64,000 nucleotides of DNA, from positions 3,501 through 67,500 of the forward strand of contig DAINRR010000001.1 in NCBI GenBank assembly GCA_036741715.1. Direction: 5' to 3'. The position numbers and the translations under genes were made by a program. The notes beneath the pieces were generated by a model. It searched no databases and was not told where the DNA came from. It saw only the letters and a list, made by a program, of their open reading frames with translations. This DNA is from Gemmatimonadales bacterium. GTDB taxonomy: Bacteria; Gemmatimonadota; Gemmatimonadetes; Gemmatimonadales; GWC2-71-9. Below, piece by piece: positions 28,955-39,433 of this stretch. Each line of letters opens with the position of its first letter. Position 1 is the stretch's first letter.

Positions 28955-29958
28955 CGCCCCTTCTCGACGTGCGGGACCTGCGCGTGTCGTTTCCCGAGCC
29001 CGGCGGCGCGCGCATCACGCCTGTGGACGGGGTGACGTTCACGCTCGAGCGCGGGCGGACGCTCGCGCTCGTGGGCGAGTCCGGCTGCGGCAAGAGCCTC
29101 ACCAGCCTGGCGATCCTCCGCCTCGTTCCGCCCCCCGGGCGGATCGACGACGGCAGCCACCTGCGACTCGGCGAAACCGACCTCCTCGCGCTCGAGGGAG
29201 AATCGCTCCGTCGGGTCCGCGGCCGGCGCATCGCCATGATCTTCCAGGACCCGATGACGAGCCTCAATCCCGTCTTCACGGTCGAGAGCCAGATCACCGA
29301 GGTGGTCCACGCACATTGCAAGTCGTCCAAGCGGGATGCGCGCGATCGCGCTGCGGCCCTCCTGCAGGAGGTCGGGATCCCCGATCCACTCGCGCGGCTC
29401 AAGGCATATCCGCATCAGCTGAGCGGCGGAATGCGCCAGCGGGTGATGATCGCCATCGCCCTCGCGGGCCAGCCGGAGATCCTCATCGCGGACGAGCCGA
29501 CCACCGCGCTCGACGTCACGGTGCAGGCGCAGATCCTCGAGGTGCTCGATGGCCTCCGCGAGTCGCACGGCATGGCCGTGCTCCTCATCACGCACGACCT
29601 CGGGATCGTGGCCGGGCGCGCGGATCGCGTCGCCGTCATGTACGCGGGACAGATCGTGGAGTCCGCGCCGACCGCCGCGCTCTTCGCCAATCCATCGCAT
29701 CCGTATACTCGCGGGCTCTTCGCCTCCGTGCCGCGGTTGACCGGCCCTGCCGGCCGCCTCTCGCCGATCCCCGGCAACGTGCCGCCACCGAGCGCCTGGC
29801 CGTCCGGGTGCCGGTTCCGGACGCGATGCCCGATCGTGCATCCGCGCAGCGCCGACATGCCGCCGCTGCTGCCCGTCGGGCCCGATCACCTGATCCGCTG
29901 CTGGCTCGCCGAAGACGGCGCGCCCGAGGGCCGCGCGCCCGGGGTCGCTGCGCGATGA
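28951..29958 (+). CDS. ABC transporter ATP-binding protein (DppD/OppD-like)
   Basis: ATG at 28951 overlaps the stop (ATGA). The product starts [14 protein letters not shown], with Walker A GESGCGKS, signature LSGGMRQR, Walker [12 protein letters not shown], and C-terminal oligopeptide-type HPYTRGL. Confidence 0.92.
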   Translation: MTPLLDVRDLRVSFPEPGGARITPVDGVTFTLERGRTLALVGESGCGKSLTSLAILRLVPPPGRIDDGSHLRLGETDLLALEGESLRRVRGRRIAMIFQDPMTSLNPVFTVESQITEVVHAHCKSSKRDARDRAAALLQEVGIPDPLARLKAYPHQLSGGMRQRVMIAIALAGQPEILIADEPTTALDVTVQAQILEVLDGLRESHGMAVLLITHDLGIVAGRADRVAVMYAGQIVESAPTAALFANPSHPYTRGLFASVPRLTGPAGRLSPIPGNVPPPSAWPSGCRFRTRCPIVHPRSADMPPLLPVGPDHLIRCWLAEDGAPEGRAPGVAAR

Positions 29959-30965
29959 CGGCGCCGCTCCTCGTCGTGCGTGACCTGGTCAAGCACTACA
30001 CGTCGGAAGGATTGTTCGCCGCGCGCACGCCCCCGGTCCGTGCGGTGGATGGCGTGTCGTTCGAGGTCGGGCGCGGAGAGACGCTGGCGCTCGTCGGCGA
30101 ATCGGGATGCGGGAAGAGCTCGGTCGGGCGCACCATCATCCGGCTCCAGGAGCCGACTGCCGGCGAGGCCGTCTTCGATGGGCAGGCGATCTTTCAGCTC
30201 GGCAAGGAGCCGCTCCGCGCACTCCGCCGCCGGATGCAGATCATCTTCCAGGATCCGTACAGCTCGCTCAATCCCCGCATGACCGTGGGCGACGCGGTGG
30301 CGGAGGGAATCGAGATTCACCGGCTCGCGCGCACGAAAGCCGAGCGCCGGGAGCGGGTCTCCGCCCTGCTGGAGGAAGTCGGCCTCGATGCGAGCTATGC
30401 GAACCGCTACCCGCACGAGTTCTCGGGCGGCCAGCGGCAGCGCATCGGCATCGCCCGCGCGCTCGCCGTCGAGCCGGCGTTCATCGTGTGCGACGAGCCG
30501 GTGTCCGCGCTCGACGTGTCGGTGCAGGCGCAGGTCATCAACCTGCTCCGGGACCTGCAGGAGCGCCGCGGGCTGTCGTATCTCTTCATCGCGCACGATC
30601 TCGCGGTGGTTCGGCAGATCGCACACCGCATCGCCGTCATGTACCTCGGCCACATCATCGAGACGGGGCCGACCGAGGCGCTGCTGCGCGATCCGCACCA
30701 TCCGTATACGCAGGCGCTCCTCTCCGCGGTTCCCGAGCCGGATCCGGCCGCGCAGCGCGCGCGGATCGTTCTCTCCGGCGACCTTCCCAGCCCCTCGAAT
30801 CCGCCGCCCGGGTGCCGCTTCCACACCCGGTGTTTCCACCCGCTCCGGAGCGAGCGCTGCCGCACCGAGGTTCCGCGGCTCCGGCCGGTCCACGGCACGC
30901 TGGCGGCCTGCCACTATGCCGAAACGCCGGCCAGCCCGCTCGCGGAATCGGCCCGGAAGGAGTAA
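29955..30965 (+). CDS. ABC transporter ATP-binding protein (DppF/OppF-like)
   Basis: ATG at 29955 overlaps the stop (ATGA). Walker A is GESGCGKSS, signature FSGGQRQR, Walker [13 protein letters not shown], and the C-terminus has HPYTQALL...[10 protein letters not shown]. Confidence 0.92.
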   Translation: MTAPLLVVRDLVKHYTSEGLFAARTPPVRAVDGVSFEVGRGETLALVGESGCGKSSVGRTIIRLQEPTAGEAVFDGQAIFQLGKEPLRALRRRMQIIFQDPYSSLNPRMTVGDAVAEGIEIHRLARTKAERRERVSALLEEVGLDASYANRYPHEFSGGQRQRIGIARALAVEPAFIVCDEPVSALDVSVQAQVINLLRDLQERRGLSYLFIAHDLAVVRQIAHRIAVMYLGHIIETGPTEALLRDPHHPYTQALLSAVPEPDPAAQRARIVLSGDLPSPSNPPPGCRFHTRCFHPLRSERCRTEVPRLRPVHGTLAACHYAETPASPLAESARKE

Positions 30966-31066
30966 CCCGGAAAGCCGTGACGAAACTCACGGCCTCGGGC
31001 GCGGGAATTCTCCAGATTGACGGTGTGCCGGGAATCGTGTCCCGGCCGCCAACTCTGGAGGAATCG

Positions 31067-31288
31067 ATGGCCGACCATCGCGACATGCATAAGGAAGGCA
31101 GTGCCGATCGCGTGAAGGGCGCCGCCAAGGAACTCGAGGGAAAGGTTCGTTCCAAGCTCGGCGATGCGACCGATGACGAGAGCGAGCAGCTGAAGGGCTA
31201 TGGCCAGCAGATCAAGGGCAAGATGCAGAAGGGGATGGGCAAGGCCAAGCAGGAGCTCGATCCGAATCCCGGCCGCGACGACGTCTGA
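31067..31288 (+). CDS. CsbD-family general stress protein
   Basis: ATG at 31067 is preceded by GGAGGA. The 73-aa product is MADHRDMHKEGSADRVKGAAKELEGKVRSKLGDATDDESEQLKGYGQQIKGKMQKGMGKAKQEL, matching CsbD repeats (GK.KE..G..TGD). Confidence 0.85.
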   Translation: MADHRDMHKEGSADRVKGAAKELEGKVRSKLGDATDDESEQLKGYGQQIKGKMQKGMGKAKQELDPNPGRDDV

Positions 31289-31310
31289 CGTCTGATCGCG
31301 GCTGCAAGGC

Positions 31311-31336
31311 GGGGAGGCACTTTCGGGTGCCTCCCC
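31311..31336 (+). terminator. Stem-loop downstream of csbD (possible intrinsic terminator)
   Basis: A 10-bp perfect stem, ggggaggcac / gtgcctcccc, with a 6-nt loop lies 22 nt after the stop. The trailing gttctg is only weakly U-rich. Confidence 0.45.
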
Positions 31337-31480
31337 GTTCTGCGTCCGGGCCCGGCGGAGCCCGCTGACGCGCGCGGCTCATCCGCGCAACGTGGCACTT
31401 CCCACGCCGCGACTGTATATCCCATGTCCGACATCCCGTTGCACTATCGAGCAGGCGTCTCTGCAGCCGACGGAGGCCGG

Positions 31481-32878
31481 ATGATGCGTCAAAAAGCGGT
31501 CTGCTCCGGATTGGCCCTTGCACTGGCCGGCGGCTGCGCGCGCGCTCCTGCGCAGGGCGTTACCGGCGAGCCTGGACTGGCGATCCGCAATGTCTCGGTG
31601 ATCGACATGGAGAGCGGCGCGGCGACCTCGGGACGGACGGTGGTCGTGCGTGGCAACCGGATCGCCGAGATCGTCGATGCCCGAGCGCCACTCCCCGCTG
31701 GCGTACGAACCGTGGACGGGGCCGGCGGCTTCCTCATCCCGGGTCTCTGGGACATGCATACGCACTCGGCAGCAGCCGCGACCCGGGACCTGCCGACATT
31801 CGTGGCCTTCGGCGTCACGGGGATCCGCAACATGCACACGACCGCGGACACCGCCCTCGAGCTGGTCGCCTCGATCAGGCGTCAGATCGCGACGGGGACG
31901 CTCACAGGCCCCCGCTTCATCGCGAACGGCGCCATCGTGGACGGACCGCGGCCGGCACAACGCGGGTCCGTTCCCATTCCATCGCCCGACGCCGCGAGCC
32001 GCATCGCCGATTCCCTCGCCGACGGCGGCGCCGAATTCATCAAGGTGTACAATCTCCTGCCGCGCGAGAGTTACTTCGCGCTGCTCGACGCAGCGAAGCG
32101 GCGAGGCCTCGCCGTCGTGGGACACGTGCCTGTGACGGTTCGCGCCGAGGAGGTGGCGGCCGCGGGCCAGCGCAGCATCGAGCATTTCGACGGGCTCGAT
32201 TTCGCGTGCTCGGAGCGCGAGGACACGATCCGAGCGGAGTTCCTCGCGGCGCCGTCGCGAGACGCATGGTACCGGCGCGGTGCGCAGCTGACCGCGACGT
32301 GGAGCCCCGAGCGGTGCGCACCGGCCATCGCGGCGTTTGCCCGGCACCGCACCTGGCAGGTGCCGACGCTCGCCGTCGAATGGGCCGAAGCGTTCGGCGA
32401 CTCGCTCCTGCTCGATTCGTCCGCGATGCGGAGTCTCACGCCCGCGGTGTCCGAGCAGTGGCGCGCGATGGCAGCCGATACCTCGCACGTCCCCGATCCG
32501 GCCGCGCCGGCTCGGTTCGTCCAGGCGAAGGCACTCGTGCGTCTGATGCGCGCCGCACGGGTGCCGATGCTCGCCGGGACCGACGTCGGCAATCCGTTCG
32601 TGGTTCCGGGCTGGAGCCTCCACCACGAGCTCGAGCTGCTCGTCTCTGCGGGACTCACACCGCTGGAAGCGCTCCAGGCCGCAACCCTCAGTCCGGCTCT
32701 CTTCCTCGAGGCGACCGATTCACTCGGTACCGTCGCCGCCGGAAAGCTGGCCGATCTCGTGCTGCTCGGTGCCAACCCGCTCGACGACATCCGGAATTCC
32801 CGGGCGATTCGCGGCGTCATGCTGAACGGCCGCTGGTACGACCGCGCAGCCCTCGACGCGCTCGCTCGCCACCCGTGA
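31481..32878 (+). CDS. Amidohydrolase-family metallohydrolase, lipoprotein/secreted
   Basis: ATG at 31481 gives MMRQKAVCSGLALALAGGCA (lipobox-like). Other blocks are IRNVSVIDMESG, FLIPGLWDMHTHS (metal HxH), and C-terminal GKLADLVLLGANPLDDI. Confidence 0.85.
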   Translation: MMRQKAVCSGLALALAGGCARAPAQGVTGEPGLAIRNVSVIDMESGAATSGRTVVVRGNRIAEIVDARAPLPAGVRTVDGAGGFLIPGLWDMHTHSAAAATRDLPTFVAFGVTGIRNMHTTADTALELVASIRRQIATGTLTGPRFIANGAIVDGPRPAQRGSVPIPSPDAASRIADSLADGGAEFIKVYNLLPRESYFALLDAAKRRGLAVVGHVPVTVRAEEVAAAGQRSIEHFDGLDFACSEREDTIRAEFLAAPSRDAWYRRGAQLTATWSPERCAPAIAAFARHRTWQVPTLAVEWAEAFGDSLLLDSSAMRSLTPAVSEQWRAMAADTSHVPDPAAPARFVQAKALVRLMRAARVPMLAGTDVGNPFVVPGWSLHHELELLVSAGLTPLEALQAATLSPALFLEATDSLGTVAAGKLADLVLLGANPLDDIRNSRAIRGVMLNGRWYDRAALDALARHP

Positions 32879-32899
32879 GGCGCGGTCACCCATCAACGC

Positions 32900-33301
32900 A
32901 TGGACGCAATGAGAAAGCACGTTTCCACCGGCACGCCCTGGGAGCCGATCGTGGGGTATTCCCGTGCGGTACGGGCCGGCCGGGTCATCCATGTCTCGGG
33001 CACCACTGCCACCGGCGCCGATGGTAAGCTCGTCGGCCACGGCGATGCATACGCTCAGGCGGCGCAGGCACTCGATAATATTGCGGCAGCGCTTGCGCAG
33101 GTCGGCGGAACGATGCGGGACGTGGTGCGGACACGGATGTACGTGACCGACATTTCCCGCTGGGAGGAGATCGGCCGCGCGCACGGCGAGGTGTTCCGCG
33201 ACATCCGGCCGGCCACCAGCATGGTCGAGGTCAGCCGGCTCATCGAGCCCGGGATGCTCGTCGAGATCGAGGCCGAGGCACTGCTCGAGGAGGGAGAATG
33301 A
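32900..33301 (+). CDS. RidA/YjgF/Rid family protein
   Basis: Tracked ORF of 133 aa. Blocks are [41 protein letters not shown] and [24 protein letters not shown]. Confidence 0.85.
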   Translation: MDAMRKHVSTGTPWEPIVGYSRAVRAGRVIHVSGTTATGADGKLVGHGDAYAQAAQALDNIAAALAQVGGTMRDVVRTRMYVTDISRWEEIGRAHGEVFRDIRPATSMVEVSRLIEPGMLVEIEAEALLEEGE

Positions 33302-34098
33302 CGCTGCAGCGTGTCGTCCAGGTGGACGCATTCACCGACCGCCCCTTTGCCGGGAACCCCGCGGCCGTATGCCTGCTCGAGCAACCCATCGGCGAGGCGC
33401 TGATGGCCTCGATCGCGGCGGAGATGAACCTCGCCGAGACCGCGTTCCTGCAGCGGCTGCCGGGCTCGGAGGAGTGGAGCCTTCGCTGGTTCACGCCGGA
33501 GGTCGAAGTCGACCTCTGCGGCCACGCCACGCTCGCGAGCGCGCATGCGCTCTGGGAAGCCGGCGAAGCGCGCGACGATCAGCGGATCCGGTTCCATACG
33601 CGGAGCGGCATTCTCACGGCGGAGCGGCGCGACGGGTGGATCGAGCTCGACTTCCCTTCCCTCCCGAGCACGCCCGAGCCGGTGCCCGACTGGCTCGAAG
33701 GCGCACTCGGCGCCGCCCCGGTCAGCTTCGAGCGGAGCCGTTTCGATCTCCTCGTCGAGCTCGCCGATGAGCGCACGGTGCGCCGGCTGACACCCAACTT
33801 CATGCGCCTCGCGGAGGAACCGGTGCGCGGGTTCATCATCACGGCGCGTGGCTCCGGCAAGTACGACTTCGTCTCGCGCTGGTTCGGGCCGGGCGCGGGC
33901 GTCATGGAAGACCCGGTCACCGGCTCGGCACACAGCGTCCTCGGCCCCTACTGGCAGCAGCGACTCGGAAAGTCCGAGTTCACCGCCTTCCAGGCGTCGC
34001 GGCGCGGCGGCGTGATCAGGGTGGCGGTGCTGGGCGATCGCGTCCGGCTCGCCGGGCAGGCGGTGACGACGCTGCGCGGTGAGCTGATTCTCGGATGA
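33298..34098 (+). CDS. PhzF-family isomerase/epimerase-like protein
   Basis: Tracked ORF of 266 aa, overlapping the upstream gene by ATGA. Blocks are [46 protein letters not shown] and EDPVTGSAH. Confidence 0.88.
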   Translation: MTLQRVVQVDAFTDRPFAGNPAAVCLLEQPIGEALMASIAAEMNLAETAFLQRLPGSEEWSLRWFTPEVEVDLCGHATLASAHALWEAGEARDDQRIRFHTRSGILTAERRDGWIELDFPSLPSTPEPVPDWLEGALGAAPVSFERSRFDLLVELADERTVRRLTPNFMRLAEEPVRGFIITARGSGKYDFVSRWFGPGAGVMEDPVTGSAHSVLGPYWQQRLGKSEFTAFQASRRGGVIRVAVLGDRVRLAGQAVTTLRGELILG

Positions 34099-34424
34099 CC
34101 GGCACCGAGGCCTTCGGTACGCTGGAAATGCGCGTGGGCAGGATCGTGCGTGCGGAGCTCAACGCGCGCGCACGCAAGCCGTCCTACCGATTGTGGATCG
34201 ATTTCGGACCTGAAGGCGAGCGGCGCTCGAGCGCGCAGCTCGTGGCGCTCTACTCGCCCGCCGAGCTGGTGGGACGGCTGGTGGTCGCAGCGATGAACCT
34301 GGGGGTTCGGAACATCGCCGGCTTCGAATCGGAAGTGCTGGTGCTGGGCCTGCCGGATACGGAAGGCCGCGTCGTGCTCCTCGCGCCCGAGCGCGATGTC
34401 CCGCTCGGCGGCCGGGTGTACTGA
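34095..34424 (+). CDS. tRNA-binding domain protein (CsaA/EMAP-like)
   Basis: Tracked ORF of 109 aa, overlapping the upstream gene by ATGA. Blocks are LEMRVGRIVRAELNARARKPSYRLWIDFG and VAAMNLGVRNIAGFESEVLVLG. Confidence 0.8.
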   Translation: MTGTEAFGTLEMRVGRIVRAELNARARKPSYRLWIDFGPEGERRSSAQLVALYSPAELVGRLVVAAMNLGVRNIAGFESEVLVLGLPDTEGRVVLLAPERDVPLGGRVY

Positions 34425-34428
34425 CCGG

Positions 34429-34842
34429 CTACTGCGGCAGCGAGTCGGCGGTCGAAGGGCGCACGACGAAACCGGTCACCCGGCCGTCCCGCGCGAGCGT
34501 CCACTGGAGCAGGACCGGCTGCGGAGCGCGCTCGAACGAGGCGAGCCGGGTATAGACCGTCACGCTTTCCTCCTCGAACACCCGCTCCGTGGGGGTGCCC
34601 CGCTCCGCCCCGAGCTGGGCGGCCGTGGTCCCCGCGAAACGCGCGAGCTCGGCCGCCGTCGGGAACGTCTGCTTCATCTCCGGCGAGAAGCGCTCCCACA
34701 GCTGGTCGAATTCCTGGCCGTAGAACCACTGGGTGTACTGCCGGCCATTGGCCTCGGCATCGGCCTCGGGCGCGGCGCGCTCGCAGGCGCCGACAGCGAG
34801 GATCACGGCGAGTGCCGCGGCGATCGGGACAGGTGCGCGCAT
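34429..34842 (-). CDS. Hypothetical lipoprotein
   Basis: Tracked ORF of 137 aa. The lipobox is IAAALAVILAVGAC. The mature domain has balanced composition (YTQWFYGQEFDQLWERFSPEMKQTF). Confidence 0.65.
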   Translation of the reverse strand: MRAPVPIAAALAVILAVGACERAAPEADAEANGRQYTQWFYGQEFDQLWERFSPEMKQTFPTAAELARFAGTTAAQLGAERGTPTERVFEEESVTVYTRLASFERAPQPVLLQWTLARDGRVTGFVVRPSTADSLPQ

Positions 34843-34937
34843 GCTCGGCCCTCCCTATAGTTGAACGTTCAGCGTAGCACCCTGTCCCTCCAGAAAGCAA
34901 CTGGACCCCCGTTCGACACTCACGAAACGAGACTCCG

Positions 34938-35657
34938 ATGGAAACGCTGATGGTGACCGGTGCATCGCGCGGCATCGGGCTCGAGATCGCCCGCCAGGCG
35001 CTCGCGCGTGGCGACCGCGTGATCGCCACGACCCGCCGGCCCTCGGCCGAGCTGGACGCGCTCGCGTCGTCCGGGCACGGCGCGCGACTGATCCAGCTCC
35101 GGCTCGACGTCGGCAGCGTGGAGTCCATCATCGAGGCGCACGCCGATCTCGAGGGAGAGGTCGACGCCATCGACATCCTCGTCAACAGTGCCGGCGCCTA
35201 TTCGCACCAGTCGGAGAACTGGGATCCCGATGCGACGCTCTTCGACACCGTGACCCAGGAGGAGCTGCTCGAAGTCTTTCGCGTCAATGCGGCCGGGCCG
35301 ATGCTCGTGACGCAGCACTTCCTCAACCTCGTGCGCGCCTCTACGCGGGGCCGGATCGTCAATCTCTCCTCGCTCGTCGGCTCGGTGTCGAGCAAGACGG
35401 GCGGCGGCGATTATGCCTATGCCGCCAGCAAGGCCGCCCTCAACATCATGACGCGGGCGCTGGCCGCGGAACTCGCGCCGGAAGGCATCGTCGTGCTGGC
35501 GATCACGCCGGGATGGGTCCGCACCCGCATGGGCGGGCCGACGGCCGATCTCTCACCCGAGGAATCGGTGCGCGGCCTCCTCGCGACGATCGGCGGGTTG
35601 GGAATCCGCGACGCCGGCACGTTCATCGATTATCAGGGGGAGCCCCAGCCCTGGTAG
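34938..35657 (+). CDS. Short-chain dehydrogenase/reductase (SDR)
   Basis: Tracked ORF of 239 aa. Motifs are VTGASRGIG, NSAG and YAYAASKAALN (YxxxK). Confidence 0.9.
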   Translation: METLMVTGASRGIGLEIARQALARGDRVIATTRRPSAELDALASSGHGARLIQLRLDVGSVESIIEAHADLEGEVDAIDILVNSAGAYSHQSENWDPDATLFDTVTQEELLEVFRVNAAGPMLVTQHFLNLVRASTRGRIVNLSSLVGSVSSKTGGGDYAYAASKAALNIMTRALAAELAPEGIVVLAITPGWVRTRMGGPTADLSPEESVRGLLATIGGLGIRDAGTFIDYQGEPQPW

Positions 35658-36519
35658 CGCGCAGCGTGAAGATCGGCAGCTCCGGCCGGCAGCAGAACCG
35701 CGCTTCCACGACCGCAGTCCCGATGCCCCGGCTCACGTACATCGGTGCCTTCGCGTCGCGATACCACCCTTCGACGAAGCGCCCCGACCCGGGAGGCGTA
35801 TAGGGCGTCCATCCCGGCAGGCGCACCTGACCGCCATGAGTGTGCCCCGCCAGGAGAGCGAGCGGCGGTGCGATGCCGTCGGGAATCAGGTCGGCATACT
35901 GCGGGCAGTGCACCAGCCAGATCTCCGCATCGCCACCCGGTCCGGCGAGCGCCTGCCGAAGATCGGGTCCGACGTAACGCGCATCGTCGAGACCCACGAG
36001 CCGGAGCCGCGCCGAGCCATGCGGCACGGAAATCGAACGGCTCACGAGCAGCCCGCCGCCCCCACGCTCGTACGCCCGCGCGAGCGCCGACTCCGGGATG
36101 TGCGCCTTGCGCTCCCAGTTTCCGTAGATCCCTGCAGTCGCAACGGTGCCCTGGACCGAGCGCACCAGCGCGGTCAATGCGGCAAGGCCCTCGGCGTCCT
36201 CGCAGATGTCCCCCGTCAGCACGACGACGTCGGGCTGCTCCTGCGCAATCAGGTCCGCCGCGCGGGCGGCGGCTCGGCGATTGCCCGTGAGGTGCGTATC
36301 GCTCACCTGCGCGATCCGCATCCCGTCGAGGCCCGCGGCCGATGCCGGCAGCGGAATGTCGTGGCGTGTCACCTCCACGCGCGGTGGCTCGATACCGCAG
36401 GCATCGACGCCGAGCGCGAGCGCGCCGGCGCCGGCCCCGATCAGCAATCGGCGCCGGGAAAGTGGTCGGCCGCGCGGTGAAGCCGCGGATGCCTCGGGTA
36501 TATTCGATCTACTCCTCAT
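35623..36519 (-). CDS. Metallophosphoesterase with twin-arginine signal
   Basis: An internal ATG at 36519 gives MRSRSNIPE...LSRRRLLIGAGAGALALGV (Tat motif). Phosphoesterase motifs are QVSDTHL, LTGDICE, GNWE and GHTHGG. The 3' end overlaps the convergent SDR gene by 35 nt. Confidence 0.85.
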   Translation of the reverse strand: MRSRSNIPEASAASPRGRPLSRRRLLIGAGAGALALGVDACGIEPPRVEVTRHDIPLPASAAGLDGMRIAQVSDTHLTGNRRAAARAADLIAQEQPDVVVLTGDICEDAEGLAALTALVRSVQGTVATAGIYGNWERKAHIPESALARAYERGGGGLLVSRSISVPHGSARLRLVGLDDARYVGPDLRQALAGPGGDAEIWLVHCPQYADLIPDGIAPPLALLAGHTHGGQVRLPGWTPYTPPGSGRFVEGWYRDAKAPMYVSRGIGTAVVEARFCCRPELPIFTLRATRAGAPPDNR

Positions 36520-36540
36520 TCCCTGTCCCGGATTCCATCG

Positions 36541-39432
36541 ATGAGCGCAATGCGCCTCCTGGCCGCAGCCGGCTGCTTTCTGTTCGTCATGCCCGCAATC
36601 GCGAACGCCCAGCAGTGGCTGATGCCACGGGCCGCGGACACCGCGAGCACCGATTCCGCTGCCGCGGCGACGACGAGCCGCCGTCTCGCCGGGAGCGTCG
36701 TGCGCGAGCTCCCGGTGGACAGCATCGCAGGCGCATTGCTGCTCGAACCAGGCGTGACTGCCACGGATGCGGGCCTGTCGCTGCGCGGTACGGCACCGGG
36801 GAGCCACTCCGTCTACGTCAACGGCATCGACATGACTCCGTCGCATCGCCGGGTCCTTCACCTGCCGGCGCCGGGCTCGATCGGTGGCGCCAGCGTCGTG
36901 ACCGGACCGCTCCCTGCATGGGCGGGAGGAAGCGGGAGCGCGGCGCTCCGGCTCGAGACACCCGGCTCGGAGGCACGGGGGTCCCGGCTCTCCTGGGAGA
37001 CCGACCGCTTCACGTCCGGACTCGGCCTCAATCGCTTCGAGGGCAGTATCGGCCGGGAAGACCGTACCTCGCGCGTCTTCCTCGGCGGACTGCTCTTCGG
37101 CCAGAAATCCGTGGAGCCCGGCGCGGACGCCGAGCTCGTTCCGGTTTTTTCGCCAGCCGGCGTCGACACGACCGTGGCCGTCGCGGGCCTGGGGGAGGTC
37201 ACGGTGCCGGCCTGGCGCCTCGCGCGCGGAGATTGCGACCGCTTCGACCAGAGCCCCGTTCCGGGCATCGCCGCCAACTATGATGCTCCGTGCAGTGGCC
37301 AGCGGACGCCGGGCTCCGCGGTATCCGGTTACCGGATGGCCGCCGCCGGCGACTATTCGGTCGGGCGTACGACGCGCCTCTCCGCTCTGCTCCTGAGGGG
37401 TCGCGACACCGATCGCCTTTTCGACTACTCCTCGATCAGCAATCCCGCGAACGCCTTCGGGCGCCAGAGCGAGTCGAGCGTCTACGGGCTCGCGATTTCC
37501 GGCCCGACTGGGCCGCGCCGCACCGGATCGTGGCGCATATCGATCTCCCGGCAGCGGGAGATGCTCGTCGTTGCCCCGCTCACCGCCGAGAGCGAGGCCG
37601 AAACGCGCGATCCCGCCGGCGGGCTCATGCTCGGCGGATTCGATTTCCGCTGGGACCTGGAGACGTTCCCCGTCGATTCCGAGCTCATTGCCAACTACCG
37701 CACGAACCGGCCAGGCTCCCGGCGCTCCCCGTATGAGCTCGAGAACACTGACCAGTATCGGACGTTGGACCGTTTCAACGACGGGCCCTATGCCGGCAGC
37801 GGGTTCAACGAATCGGGCGGCCCCGTGGGACTCCTATCGCTCTTCGAGGAGAAACGCACCGTGGCGGCCGGCAGCGGGACCTGGCGTGTGTCGGCCAATT
37901 CGGACTTCACCCTCGGTGGCGAGTACGTGAAGTACTCGGTCGCGAGCTACGACCACTTCCTGACATCACAGGCGTACTCGAACATCTACGACGAGCGCCC
38001 GACCCGGGGCGCCATCTTCGCGGAAGACCATTTCGCCTACGGCGACTTCATCGTCGCCGCCGGTCTGCGCTACGACTTCTTCAACGCCGGCGGCGACCGT
38101 CCCTGGGTGCTCGACACGGTATCGGCGCTCCCCGGAGGCGGGAGCAACCCGGCGTTCGGGGCGTACCATCCCTTTCCCCGCATCAGCAGCTACACCGATG
38201 CCGACGGCACGTTCCTCCTGCGCGGGGCGCCGGTGCCGCTCGTCGTCATGCGGGAGGACGAGCGGCACACCGCCTGGAGCCCGACGCTCCGCGCCCAGGT
38301 CGCCATATCGGACGCGACCCGTCTCCGGGCGGGGCTCTCCCGCACCGCGCGGATGCCGGACCTCGCACAGTCCTTTCGCGGCATCAACACCGATTTCGCC
38401 ATCACCGCGTTCGATCACGTCTACGGCAGCGACCTTGGCTTCGAGCGGGCGTGGACCGCCGAGGCGGGCGTCACACATGCGCTTTCCGATGCGCTCACGG
38501 GCGACGTCGCGCTGTATCGCCGCGCGACGACGGCAGTGCCGCTCGTCGTCGTCGCACCGCTTCGGGACCCTACCCGGCAGAACGCCGAGGTCGGTGTCCG
38601 TCAGCTGCAGGGCGCCGGCAGGGAGACGGCGCGGGGCGTCGAGACCAGGCTCGGATGGCGGAGCGCGGCACTTCGCGGAACGATCGCCTGGTCATGGCAG
38701 CGGGTTCGTTCCGAAGTTCCCTTCTTCGACCAGTCAGAGCCGGTCGAGCTTCCGACCGCCTGGGAGCGCCCGCACATGGTCTCGGCGACGCTCGGATACA
38801 CTGCGCCCGATGGCGGCGGCCGCGGCCTGCTGCGCGACGGGTCCCTCCTGCTCACATTCCGCGCAGCCAGCGGAACGCCGTACGTCCCCTGCCCGGGCTT
38901 CGGCTTCTCGGATGAACCGTGCGGCGATCCGGGTGCCACGCTCGAGCGCGAGCGCCTCCCGTCCTTTCGCCAGCTCGACCTCCGCTTCGTCAAGCGCATC
39001 GGCGGTCGCCGGAGCGCGAGCCTCTATCTCGATGTGCGCAACCTGCTCGGGCGGCGCAACGTGCGCCGCGTCTACGCGGCGACGGGAACCACGACGAACG
39101 ATGCGGCTCTGCAGCGCGCGCGCGAGGTCGCGTCCTCCGAATGGCTCGTCGAAGGCCAGGCCAATGGCGTGGCGGCCGGCGCGAGTCTCGATCTCACTTT
39201 CGCCGGCCAGGCAGCAGGAGGGTGTGGCGGCTGGGTTGCGGTGAACGGAGACCCCGCGGCCCCGAACTGCGTTGCCCTCGTCCGCGCGGAACAGCGGTGG
39301 GGCAACGGCGACGGGGTCTTCACCGCCGAAGAGCAGATGATCGTGGCCGATGCGGAATACGCTGCCTTCACCACCCGCGGGCTCTTCTCCGAGCCACGGC
39401 GAATCCGGCTGGGCATCGAGATCGGTTTCTGA
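36541..39432 (+). CDS. TonB-dependent-receptor-like outer-membrane beta-barrel with plug domain
   Basis: Tracked ORF of 963 aa. Signal peptide is MSAMRLLAAAGCFLFVMPAIANAQ. The plug-like block is IAGALLLEPGVTATDAGLSLRGTAPGSHSVYVNGIDM. The barrel shows Tyr/Gly/Asp-rich strands and a terminal aromatic (...RLGIEIGF). Confidence 0.8.
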   Translation: MSAMRLLAAAGCFLFVMPAIANAQQWLMPRAADTASTDSAAAATTSRRLAGSVVRELPVDSIAGALLLEPGVTATDAGLSLRGTAPGSHSVYVNGIDMTPSHRRVLHLPAPGSIGGASVVTGPLPAWAGGSGSAALRLETPGSEARGSRLSWETDRFTSGLGLNRFEGSIGREDRTSRVFLGGLLFGQKSVEPGADAELVPVFSPAGVDTTVAVAGLGEVTVPAWRLARGDCDRFDQSPVPGIAANYDAPCSGQRTPGSAVSGYRMAAAGDYSVGRTTRLSALLLRGRDTDRLFDYSSISNPANAFGRQSESSVYGLAISGPTGPRRTGSWRISISRQREMLVVAPLTAESEAETRDPAGGLMLGGFDFRWDLETFPVDSELIANYRTNRPGSRRSPYELENTDQYRTLDRFNDGPYAGSGFNESGGPVGLLSLFEEKRTVAAGSGTWRVSANSDFTLGGEYVKYSVASYDHFLTSQAYSNIYDERPTRGAIFAEDHFAYGDFIVAAGLRYDFFNAGGDRPWVLDTVSALPGGGSNPAFGAYHPFPRISSYTDADGTFLLRGAPVPLVVMREDERHTAWSPTLRAQVAISDATRLRAGLSRTARMPDLAQSFRGINTDFAITAFDHVYGSDLGFERAWTAEAGVTHALSDALTGDVALYRRATTAVPLVVVAPLRDPTRQNAEVGVRQLQGAGRETARGVETRLGWRSAALRGTIAWSWQRVRSEVPFFDQSEPVELPTAWERPHMVSATLGYTAPDGGGRGLLRDGSLLLTFRAASGTPYVPCPGFGFSDEPCGDPGATLERERLPSFRQLDLRFVKRIGGRRSASLYLDVRNLLGRRNVRRVYAATGTTTNDAALQRAREVASSEWLVEGQANGVAAGASLDLTFAGQAAGGCGGWVAVNGDPAAPNCVALVRAEQRWGNGDGVFTAEEQMIVADAEYAAFTTRGLFSEPRRIRLGIEIGF

Positions 39433-39433
39433 C

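Noticed and set aside
36520-36540. Only 21 nt separate the divergent starts of the Tat-metallophosphoesterase (36519) and the TonB-dependent-like barrel (36541), which might hide a shared operator.
   Set aside because: The spacer (tccctgtcccggattccatcg) shows no palindrome or promoter-like hexamers. The promoters must lie inside the neighbouring coding regions, or one start is mis-assigned (a second in-frame ATG exists at 36550). Nothing further can be supported from sequence alone.
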